A program made the translations under genes and the position numbers. From IMG/VR virus record IMGVR_UViG_3300042311_000389, positions 6,698 through 70,697 of that record: a stretch of 64,000 nt of DNA. One strand, written 5' to 3'. The first letter of the stretch is position 1. Each line of letters begins with the position of its first letter. The notes beneath the pieces were generated by a model that worked only from the letters and a program-made list of their open reading frames with translations, searched no databases and had not been told where the DNA came from. This document shows, piece by piece, positions 18,435 to 26,603 of the stretch. This DNA comes from a virus.

Positions 18435-18465
18435 AATGTCTAAAAAATGTCTAACGAATGTCTAA
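18435..18465 (-). repeat. Three direct copies of TTAGACATT at 11-nt spacing just upstream of sbcC
   Basis: Plus-strand AATGTCTAA at 18435, 18446 and 18457. Confidence 0.8.
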
Positions 18466-18719
18466 ACAGTTTCAGGTGTAACAACCTCAGCGTCTATTAC
18501 ATTAACCTCATTTGTATCACCAACAATCACATCGGCGTTTAATTCTGTTGTTTCACCATTCTCATTTTGGTATTGAGCCTTTAACTCTTCCATTTGTTTC
18601 TCAAACATTTCTTGATACTCCGCTTGAGCTTTCTTTCTTAATCCTTTAATAGTGTTGTTTCTTGTTGATACTCTTGCTTTGTGTGCCTTTGCACCACCAC
18701 GTAATTTTGACTTTGGCAT
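18462..18719 (-). CDS. Hypothetical protein (basic N-half, acidic C-half)
   Basis: 85 aa, MPKSKLRGGAKAHKARV... Confidence 0.7.
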   Translation of the reverse strand: MPKSKLRGGAKAHKARVSTRNNTIKGLRKKAQAEYQEMFEKQMEELKAQYQNENGETTELNADVIVGDTNEVNVIDAEVVTPETV

Positions 18720-18731
18720 AATTGTATTTAT

Positions 18732-19247
18732 TTAATTGTTATTTAATTCATTATTCATTTGTTCTTGTATTTCTTCTAAAGTTATTCCCGGTTCGTTTTC
18801 AATTCGTTCTTTAACTTCATTAGTTAATCTATCAAGAATACTTTTACCTAAATTGTTATCATTATCTGTAAAGGCAACAGGTGTTGTGTCTTCATCATCA
18901 TTTCGATATGTTTCTAACCAATCCGGTCTTTCTTTAACACTTATACTTTCAACTTTTTCAATTAGTTTTTGAACTTCCGGTTTAGAACCTTTTAACATTT
19001 TAGACATCTGAACCTTTCTTTCAATATTTCTGTATCTAGTGTAAAAATTTTGAGTATTCGCCCCGTGAAAATTAATATCAGTATTATTATCTTCTAAATA
19101 ATATATAATATCAACAATTTCATCACTATCATCATTAATCCCCATATCATTCACCAACTGAAAAAAATCATCACACTTAATAATCTTTCTTGTCTCAGTC
19201 TTATCTTTCAAAAACTTAATAACAAAGTCACCTAATTTACTTTTCAT
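18732..19247 (-). CDS. Hypothetical protein
   Basis: 171 aa ORF within the operon. Confidence 0.7.
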   Translation of the reverse strand: MKSKLGDFVIKFLKDKTETRKIIKCDDFFQLVNDMGINDDSDEIVDIIYYLEDNNTDINFHGANTQNFYTRYRNIERKVQMSKMLKGSKPEVQKLIEKVESISVKERPDWLETYRNDDEDTTPVAFTDNDNNLGKSILDRLTNEVKERIENEPGITLEEIQEQMNNELNNN

Positions 19248-19250
19248 ATT

Positions 19251-19619
19251 TTAATTTTTTGTCGGTCTATTTTCTTCAAACCATTCCACCATACCGTTGA
19301 AAGCCCATACTGACCCTGACGCTAACATACCATCAAAGAACCAAGAGACCCAACTTGAAACCCCTAACATTTCGTGTACTGGTGAATATAAGAAAATTCC
19401 AAAAAAGAATCCAACCCATACCGAGGCACACATCATACATTTAATCATATCACTCACAAATATAAAGAATCCTCGAAAAGGAAAATGTGGTGTGTTTGAT
19501 GCTTTGTTAATGGAGTTTCTCGGCCCATTAAAGATACTTCCGTAAACAATTATGTTGGTCATCCCGTAAGCCATAATCATCCATAATAATAATTGTGTTA
19601 TCATATTACATTGTTTCAC
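19251..19619 (-). CDS. DUF1360-like membrane protein with CxxC
   Basis: Hydrophobic 122 aa protein with CMMCASVWVG, matching the CxxCxSxW pattern. Confidence 0.65.
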   Translation of the reverse strand: MKQCNMITQLLLWMIMAYGMTNIIVYGSIFNGPRNSINKASNTPHFPFRGFFIFVSDMIKCMMCASVWVGFFFGIFLYSPVHEMLGVSSWVSWFFDGMLASGSVWAFNGMVEWFEENRPTKN

Positions 19620-20358
19620 TTATATTAGAACCTTTAAGAAATACAGCCCCTTGACTGACTTTCATCGATTCCAATTGTTTATTTATTTTTTCAAGGTCCT
19701 CAATCCTTGTGTTCTTTAAAGATAGTTCTTTTCTAAGTTTCTGTAAAGTTTCTTGGAGAAGTAATGTCTTATCATTTGATTTTTCCACTTCAATTACTTT
19801 TTCAACCTCAACTATTTTATTAACTTCGACAATCTTTTCAACGGGAACTTCTTTAATAATTTCAACTTCCTTAATTGTTTCAATTATCTCCGGTGGTCTA
19901 TTTTCCAACTGTTGTATTTTTAACAATAGTTCATTTATCTGAGTATTGTCACTAATATATTCTATTTTTGTGACAACTTTTTCAACAGGGACTTCTTTTA
20001 CAACCTCGTTAATTACTACTTTTTCAATAGGGATTTCTTTAATAACCTCAACTTCTTTGATAATTTCAACCGGAACTTCTTTAACAATTTCTTTAATAAC
20101 TTCTCTGATTACCTCAACCTCTTTGATAACTTCAACAGGAACTTCTACCCGTATTTCACGGATTACTTCAATTTCTACCTGTTTTTCACCGACAATATCC
20201 GTTTTTCCTGAATCATTACCAAGAAGACCATATTTCTTAATATTAAACCCTTCAGTATAACATTTCGTAATGAACTTATCAATATCCTCAATATTATTTA
20301 ACTTACAATATTCTTGGACTGACTTTAATTGACTAGCTGTTAATTTTATCTGACTCAC
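19606..20358 (-). CDS. EVPVEVIKEV-repeat protein with coiled-coil C-terminus
   Basis: About 140 aa dominated by V/I/E/K/P repeats (VEVPVEVIKEVEVIREVIKE...). Confidence 0.8.
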   Translation of the reverse strand: MSQIKLTASQLKSVQEYCKLNNIEDIDKFITKCYTEGFNIKKYGLLGNDSGKTDIVGEKQVEIEVIREIRVEVPVEVIKEVEVIREVIKEIVKEVPVEIIKEVEVIKEIPIEKVVINEVVKEVPVEKVVTKIEYISDNTQINELLLKIQQLENRPPEIIETIKEVEIIKEVPVEKIVEVNKIVEVEKVIEVEKSNDKTLLLQETLQKLRKELSLKNTRIEDLEKINKQLESMKVSQGAVFLKGSNISETM

Positions 20359-20593
20359 GTTCTTTGTTTTCTCGATATTTTATCCAATCATCAATTAACC
20401 AACACTGATGTTTTGGGATATTACATTCAATCAACAACTTATATTTTAGGTTGATTAATTGGTCTTTATTTAAGTCATCAACGAAAATCGCCAAATAACT
20501 ATTATCAGGTTTCCCTAATTTCTTTTCGTGTTCAATTTCTCTTTCAATTTCATCCCACTCTTCATTAGTATATTTGTCTCTAAGATTTCCCAC
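20333..20593 (-). CDS. Hypothetical protein
   Basis: 86 aa, overlapping both neighbours. Confidence 0.6.
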   Translation of the reverse strand: MGNLRDKYTNEEWDEIEREIEHEKKLGKPDNSYLAIFVDDLNKDQLINLKYKLLIECNIPKHQCWLIDDWIKYRENKERESDKINS

Positions 20594-21368
20594 TATTAAC
20601 TAATTTTTCTGTTCCGTTTATTATATCATCAAATGATTTCATCTTAAATGATAAGAAAGGTTTTGGATTATCCAAATCAACAAATGAATATTCATCAGAT
20701 TCTAAATTATAGATTCCAAACCCGTGTTTAGTAATTGTCTCACCATAGTTCTGTTGGATTGTTGAACCTACCATATACGCTTTCTTACCACCCGGGATGT
20801 TGAAGATTTGTCTTTTGTGAATATCACCACATAAAACTAAATCACATCCATTAAACTTATCAGTTTCAAATCCGGTTTCAAACTTATATCCGATGTCGGT
20901 TGTTAATCCCTGAACCGGTCCGTGGAATAAACCAATCTTCAATCTACCCGTTTTTTCAATCTCAGGTGGAATGTTATGGTCAAGTAATGAATATACAACC
21001 CAATCAACATTATCATCCTCGTATTCACCTCTGTTCTTCAAATAAACGATGTTGTCGTTCTTTAAGGAATCAATCACCGGTGTAAGAGCATCCAATCTTG
21101 AAGAGTTAGATTCCAAGAAGTCGTGGTTTCCAATTATAATAATAGTTTTGGCAATTTGAGAACATTCTGTAAGAATCCAAGCCACGAACTCAATAAGTTC
21201 GGGTGTCATTTGGTTTTTAGAATGAACTAAATCTCCGGTGAATACAATCCTGTCCGGAGCAATCTCTCTGAATTGTTTCAACATATTATTCAATATTCCT
21301 CGATATAAGTCGTGGTCTTTGAATAATCTTATATGTAAGTCACTAAAGTGAACTAATTTTTTAATCAT
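20580..21368 (-). CDS. sbcD: SbcD/Mre11/gp47-like metallophosphoesterase nuclease (short)
   Basis: SDLH, TGDL, GNHD, FHG, GDIH and GSTIQQNYGE motifs. Start set at ATG 21368 (MIKKLVHF). Confidence 0.9.
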   Translation of the reverse strand: MIKKLVHFSDLHIRLFKDHDLYRGILNNMLKQFREIAPDRIVFTGDLVHSKNQMTPELIEFVAWILTECSQIAKTIIIIGNHDFLESNSSRLDALTPVIDSLKNDNIVYLKNRGEYEDDNVDWVVYSLLDHNIPPEIEKTGRLKIGLFHGPVQGLTTDIGYKFETGFETDKFNGCDLVLCGDIHKRQIFNIPGGKKAYMVGSTIQQNYGETITKHGFGIYNLESDEYSFVDLDNPKPFLSFKMKSFDDIINGTEKLVNSGKS

Positions 21369-21369
21369 C

Positions 21370-21585
21370 TTAATTATCAAATAATTTAAACTCTTCATTT
21401 ACGTGACCACAATCGTCACATCTGTATGTTGGAAACGGAACTATAGTGTCTTCCTGACTTCCCGTTAACAATTTGTTAACTTTTTTAATTAATACAACTT
21501 CTTTGAAGTATATACCACCACAGTCCTCACATACTAATGTAGGTTGTTGTTTTAAATCAATCTTTGGTTTTAATAAATCGTCCAT
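21370..21585 (-). CDS. Small zinc-ribbon protein
   Basis: CEDC...CDDC in 71 aa. Confidence 0.75.
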   Translation of the reverse strand: MDDLLKPKIDLKQQPTLVCEDCGGIYFKEVVLIKKVNKLLTGSQEDTIVPFPTYRCDDCGHVNEEFKLFDN

Positions 21586-21613
21586 ATTCTTTTTTTATAA
21601 ATTTAGTTTATTT

Positions 21614-22477
21614 TTATTTCTTTGTCAAATACTTTGACATATCCATTTCCAATATGGTTTCTTGAACACCTTTTGGTACACGGAACTCTTCATACTCCCC
21701 AATTTCCTTAACAAGAACAATAATACACCCATACAATTTAATGTTCTCGTATTTTGTTCCTTGTAACATTTTAATAAGAAGTTTCCCATAAAATGGTAAT
21801 TGTGTAAAGTAGTGACCCAATGCGTTGTTAGGTAAGTTATCAAATGGGTAATACATTTTTTTGGTGAAAAATGACTCCTCAAAGTTTTTTGGTTTATTGG
21901 ATTTCCAATCTGTAATTACCAAACCAAACTCTGTTTGTTCTTTATTCATTATCAACCACACTTTATCGGGCTGTCCGGTATATTTCAACTCAGGGTCCCC
22001 CAATACAATTTCCGTGTCCAATAACACCGCGCCTCTCTCAACCATAAGATTTAAATATGCCGTTCCGGCAGAAATCATACTATCCCCTTTTAAGATTTGG
22101 GTGAAGTCACATTCAAAGATGGGTTGTCTAACTTCTTTGTAATTCCCAAACATCTCAATGGTTTTCTTCTCCAACATATAGTGGACCCTACTACCCATAT
22201 TGGTTGAGTAATCTCCGGCAGCCTTCCACTCATCTAATAATTGTTGTTGGACAAACACGTCACCTTTGGCTTTCTTTAACGATATACCTTCAGTATCAAA
22301 CTCTTCATAGAAGTATTTCATCACCTTACTAACAGATGGATAATCACTTCTAATAACTCCGGTCTCATCCTTCATATAATAAGTGTGGGTATCCTCAACG
22401 AATGTTAGTTCAAGTTCCTCTCTTCGTTTATCTAATAACCCCCTTATTTCTTTCGCAACCTCATTTAAATCTATCAT
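21614..22477 (-). CDS. PD-(D/E)XK superfamily (RecB/lambda-exo-like) nuclease
   Basis: PSVS, GSRVH, E, GQPD, DWKS and QLPFY motifs. Confidence 0.8.
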   Translation of the reverse strand: MIDLNEVAKEIRGLLDKRREELELTFVEDTHTYYMKDETGVIRSDYPSVSKVMKYFYEEFDTEGISLKKAKGDVFVQQQLLDEWKAAGDYSTNMGSRVHYMLEKKTIEMFGNYKEVRQPIFECDFTQILKGDSMISAGTAYLNLMVERGAVLLDTEIVLGDPELKYTGQPDKVWLIMNKEQTEFGLVITDWKSNKPKNFEESFFTKKMYYPFDNLPNNALGHYFTQLPFYGKLLIKMLQGTKYENIKLYGCIIVLVKEIGEYEEFRVPKGVQETILEMDMSKYLTKK

Positions 22478-23377
22478 CTATTTCATTGTATAAAAATGAT
22501 TATTTATGTCACCCCTTAAATCAGCTACATCGGCATCACCCGTTAATTTTATTATTTTAACCTTACCATATAATCTACCCCCATTTAAATTATGGAATAA
22601 CTTAACAGCGTCATTCCAAGCATCACTATCCAAACAAATAATTACATTTCCATTTGCTTTTTCATATAAGGTATTAAGTAATAAGTCTGACATATGTTTT
22701 CCCAACATAGCAATACTATTCGGTAGGAATATAGCGTCAAACGCACCCTCACAAAGATGGATGTCCTCATTCCAATTGATTGTACTCTCAAAAAAGATTA
22801 TTTCGTCTTTAGATGCTTCCGGGTTTTTGTATTTAGCTCGACTGTTTGGGTCCCAACTTCGAGCAATAAAATAGTTTAACTCGTCCTTACTATCATAGGA
22901 TGGTATAATAATTCTACCCGAGAACGCACCTTGGTCACAGAACCCAATCCCATACTTTTCAATAATCTTATCAGTGATTCCTCTTTGAGTTAGGTAGTTA
23001 TACGCTTGACGACGAACAGGGTACACCAAACTACTATCCTTGAATTTTGTAAATCCTTCAGGTAGTTTTAATTTGTTAACTCGTTTTTCCTTTGGTTTGT
23101 GATTTTCAGGTTGGAGTAGGTTATAAACCTTTTTTTGTTTCTTGTTACCAAAATTATCTATAAGTTTACCAAGAGGACCTTTAGTATTATTCTCATCACC
23201 ACAACTCCAACATTTGTAGACGTGTTCAAAGTAATTTACTTCAAGGTTTCCTTTATGTCTGTCTTCATCGCATATTGGACAGTCAAAAGATATTTGACCC
23301 TTTGACTCATAGTGAAGTTTCTCATCACCTAAGATTTCGTGTAGTATCTCTAATAAAATTTCCGCATCATCTGACAT
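22478..23377 (-). CDS. dnaG: DNA primase (Zn finger + TOPRIM)
   Basis: CPIC...CWSC zinc domain, RIIIP, KYKNP, EGAFDA and DSDA. Confidence 0.9.
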   Translation of the reverse strand: MSDDAEILLEILHEILGDEKLHYESKGQISFDCPICDEDRHKGNLEVNYFEHVYKCWSCGDENNTKGPLGKLIDNFGNKKQKKVYNLLQPENHKPKEKRVNKLKLPEGFTKFKDSSLVYPVRRQAYNYLTQRGITDKIIEKYGIGFCDQGAFSGRIIIPSYDSKDELNYFIARSWDPNSRAKYKNPEASKDEIIFFESTINWNEDIHLCEGAFDAIFLPNSIAMLGKHMSDLLLNTLYEKANGNVIICLDSDAWNDAVKLFHNLNGGRLYGKVKIIKLTGDADVADLRGDINNHFYTMK

Positions 23378-23381
23378 AAGT

Positions 23382-23389
23382 CAAATATA
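23382..23389 (-). promoter_or_regulatory. Bacteroidota-type -7 element (TATATTTG) 4 nt upstream of the primase ATG
   Basis: Minus strand reads TATATTTG-actt-ATG. Confidence 0.6.
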
Positions 23390-23438
23390 CGAATAAAATT
23401 ATTATTATCAAAACTTTATTAGTTTTTTAATGCCACTA

Positions 23439-23445
23439 TATTTAT
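23439..23445 (+). promoter_or_regulatory. Putative phage (late) promoter TATTTAT
   Basis: 19 nt upstream of ATG 23465, at the head of the fibre block. Confidence 0.55.
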
Positions 23446-23464
23446 GATAATAACATTTCATTAA

Positions 23465-24013
23465 ATGACAACGAACATTTTAATTAACAACATATCGGGA
23501 GCATCACCATTTAACATTTATTTATGTGACCCATCAAATATTACTTGTATATACATTGATACGATACCTTCGTCGTCATTACCTTATGACTTTGTGGTCC
23601 CTGTTATTATGGGGAGTCAAAATTCTTTTAGTTTAAAAGTTGTTGATAGTAATAATTGCGTATTTTATCAAAATTTAACCGCTATTGTTGTTAGTCCAAC
23701 ACCAACACCAACTAATACTGTAACACCAACTATTACACCAACATCCACACCAACCTCAACACCGACCCCTACTCCAACACCCGCGACATTAGTTTTAGAG
23801 TTATTTGGTTGTTGTGATTTAACGACCCAATATGTTTTATATAACCCAACTTTGGCATCCCTTCCGGGTGTTTATACGGCAACAAATGGTCAACCTTATG
23901 AAGTTGTAAATGCAACACCATCTTATGGCACACCAACGGTTACAATAACTGACATTTTCAACAATTATAATGATTGTACGAATTGGTTAATAATATTTGG
24001 TGGTTGCCCATAA
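23465..24013 (+). CDS. Two-module Cys-rich virion-type protein with Pro-Thr linker
   Basis: N-terminal module shared with 26604, a (PT)n linker, and a C-terminal Cys module. Confidence 0.75.
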   Translation: MTTNILINNISGASPFNIYLCDPSNITCIYIDTIPSSSLPYDFVVPVIMGSQNSFSLKVVDSNNCVFYQNLTAIVVSPTPTPTNTVTPTITPTSTPTSTPTPTPTPATLVLELFGCCDLTTQYVLYNPTLASLPGVYTATNGQPYEVVNATPSYGTPTVTITDIFNNYNDCTNWLIIFGGCP

Positions 24014-24045
24014 TTAAATGATAATAATTAAAATAAAAAAATAAT

Positions 24046-26589
24046 ATGCCTTGTAGTTCAACATACTGTATAAATAACACCGGATTAGTTGGTGCCGACG
24101 ACACCTATATCACAGGTGGAACCTACAATGGTTACACTTATTGGTCGGGACAAACTAATGGTTGGGTAATCTTTTATTCAACCGGAACAACTAGTCAATG
24201 GTGTCTATCAAACACTTTTAGTGGAACTTGTTCATTAGCAGGAAAAACACCTTGTTTTAGCTCTTGCCCTGATTTAAGTACCGCCTATGTTTATTCCGGA
24301 GTGTGTCCAACACCAACGCCAACACCAACAAATAATTGTAGCGTTTTAGATTTTAACGCGGTATTTGATTGTGAATTTATTCCAACACCTACAATAACAC
24401 CAACCTCAACTATTACCCCAACACCGACAATAACGCCAACAGCGACAAACCCTTGTTCTATTATAGGTATTGATGCAATAGCGTATCGAACACCTCAGAC
24501 ATTACCGTTAATGTTTATGTCGGAAAACTACGAACCATTACAGATGTTTGAACCTCTAACTATTTTTAATTGTGGTGTTTCAGGTGATGTTACATTTAAT
24601 TTAATTAATGACGATATTATTTGTACAAGCATTTTAACATTCCAAAATTGTTTTGACAATGAATTATTTTATTGTTCTAACGTATCATTACTACCAGGAC
24701 AATCGTTAGAATTATTTCAGGTATATGGTACACTAGTTGATAATGAATCTAAATGTATAACATACATTGGTAACTCCGATAATAATGTAGATATTAACAC
24801 AAATGAAATTATTATTGAGACAATATCATTTGGAAATGTTAATAATGGTAAATGTGTTGAATGTGATAATTATATACCACCAACACCAACACCAACACCG
24901 ACACAAACACCAACAAACACACCTACACCAACCGTTACTCCAACAAATACACCTACCCCAACAGTTACTCCAACAAATACGCCGACAAGTTCAATTCCGT
25001 CTACACCAACACCAACACCAACATTAACAAATACACCGACAGTAAGTCCAACAATAGGTTCAACACCTACTGTAACACCGACAAACACACTAACACCGAC
25101 ACAGACACCGACACCAACTGAGACACCAACACCAACACCTACACCAACATCGGGTGCGACACCTATTGAAACATTCACAATGAGTGCAACAAGTTTGGAT
25201 AGTATTACACCAATTATTAGTGGACAAGGGTTTAGAGTTAGCGCATCATTACCATTTACAGTTGATTGGGGTGATGGTAATACAACTAATTATCTAGCCG
25301 GTTTAAGTTATATATCACATACATACTCTACACCTTATACAGGAAATATATTAATTCAATCTTCAGATTTAACATCAATAACTCATTTGGTTCCTAAAAA
25401 TGTTACACCTCAAATTAATTCATTTTCAACAAGATATTTAGAAATTGAAACCTCTGAGTTAAATCTTTTGGATGGATTGATATCAATGGGTGACTCTAGT
25501 TCCCCTGATAATTATTTTTCATCAGGAGATATTAGTTCATTACCTTCAACATTGATTTATTTTTATTCAACATATAGTAATTGTTACGGTGATATTTTAG
25601 ATTTACCGCCAAATTTGATAGATTTATCTATTAATTCCTTAAGTAGTAATTTAAATCAATCAAATACTATTACAGGTGATATTGTAAATTTACCATCAAC
25701 TTTACAAAAAATTGAAATTGGTGGAGATAATACTCTGAACGGAGATGTATCTGATTTCCCTTCATCACTTATCAATATAATCATAGATGGTCAAAACACT
25801 ATCGACGGTGATATATCATCGATGTCAACACTAACTAATTTAGTACGATTCGACCTATATGGTAATAACAATCTTTTTGGTGATTTAGGTGGTTTATCAG
25901 GTAATAGTGTTACCCAAATAAGAATAAAAGGAACAAACTATGTATCGGGTGACATATCAACATTACCATTAAATTTAACAACTCTTTTAGTTTGGGGTAA
26001 TAATACTCTTTACGGAGATATTAATACATTCAACTATTCAACATTATCATTCATACAAATTTATGGGGATAATAATATTATTGGAAATATTAGTTCATTA
26101 AATTTAAATGTTGGCGCCACTTTTGATTTAGATGGTGATAATACGTTAACTGGTGATATCGCAACTTTAGGTAATTCTAACGCATATAGTTCAATAACTA
26201 TAAAAGGTAATAACGACATTTACGGTAATATTCAAGATTTACCTTCTAATGCAATAAGAATTGGTATATACGGTAATAACACAATATCGGGTGATTTATC
26301 ATTAATTAATTTAAACACCCGAACATTATATGTTTATGGTGCTAACACAATATCAGGATTCACAGATAGTACAAAAATTTTCACAGGTTTACAACAAATT
26401 GAAATTATTGGTGATGGATTCGATAGTGCTAATATCGATAATTTACTAACAAGTTACGCTAATTCAACTTGGATTGGGGGAGGTCGATTGTTAAAATTAA
26501 ATGGTACATCATTCCCTCTATGGAATAACACCACATCATACAGCACATTAGAAAACCCACCATTAAATGTTACTATAACAATATCATAA
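24046..26589 (+). CDS. Modular fibre/adhesin: Cys modules, long PT linker, PKD-like domain, LRR-like solenoid
   Basis: FTVDWGDG...SHTY (PKD-like) and about 13 repeats of GDI.xLP..L..i.i.G.N (22-24 aa). Confidence 0.8.
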   Translation: MPCSSTYCINNTGLVGADDTYITGGTYNGYTYWSGQTNGWVIFYSTGTTSQWCLSNTFSGTCSLAGKTPCFSSCPDLSTAYVYSGVCPTPTPTPTNNCSVLDFNAVFDCEFIPTPTITPTSTITPTPTITPTATNPCSIIGIDAIAYRTPQTLPLMFMSENYEPLQMFEPLTIFNCGVSGDVTFNLINDDIICTSILTFQNCFDNELFYCSNVSLLPGQSLELFQVYGTLVDNESKCITYIGNSDNNVDINTNEIIIETISFGNVNNGKCVECDNYIPPTPTPTPTQTPTNTPTPTVTPTNTPTPTVTPTNTPTSSIPSTPTPTPTLTNTPTVSPTIGSTPTVTPTNTLTPTQTPTPTETPTPTPTPTSGATPIETFTMSATSLDSITPIISGQGFRVSASLPFTVDWGDGNTTNYLAGLSYISHTYSTPYTGNILIQSSDLTSITHLVPKNVTPQINSFSTRYLEIETSELNLLDGLISMGDSSSPDNYFSSGDISSLPSTLIYFYSTYSNCYGDILDLPPNLIDLSINSLSSNLNQSNTITGDIVNLPSTLQKIEIGGDNTLNGDVSDFPSSLINIIIDGQNTIDGDISSMSTLTNLVRFDLYGNNNLFGDLGGLSGNSVTQIRIKGTNYVSGDISTLPLNLTTLLVWGNNTLYGDINTFNYSTLSFIQIYGDNNIIGNISSLNLNVGATFDLDGDNTLTGDIATLGNSNAYSSITIKGNNDIYGNIQDLPSNAIRIGIYGNNTISGDLSLINLNTRTLYVYGANTISGFTDSTKIFTGLQQIEIIGDGFDSANIDNLLTSYANSTWIGGGRLLKLNGTSFPLWNNTTSYSTLENPPLNVTITIS

Positions 26590-26603
26590 AATGAAAATAT
26601 AAT

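Noticed and set aside
21614-22477. Cas4 assignment
   Set aside because: It lacks the four Fe-S cluster cysteines and any CRISPR context, so it is called a generic PD-(D/E)XK nuclease.
3544-22874. Numerous short plus-strand ORFs opposite long minus-strand genes (e.g. 3544, 9831, 16762, 19946, 22506)
   Set aside because: S/L/I/F-rich antisense shadows fully nested in well-supported genes.
24803-25178. VGVGVG-repeat and HQHQ-repeat ORFs
   Set aside because: Antisense or alternative-frame shadows of the Pro-Thr tract of 24046..26589.
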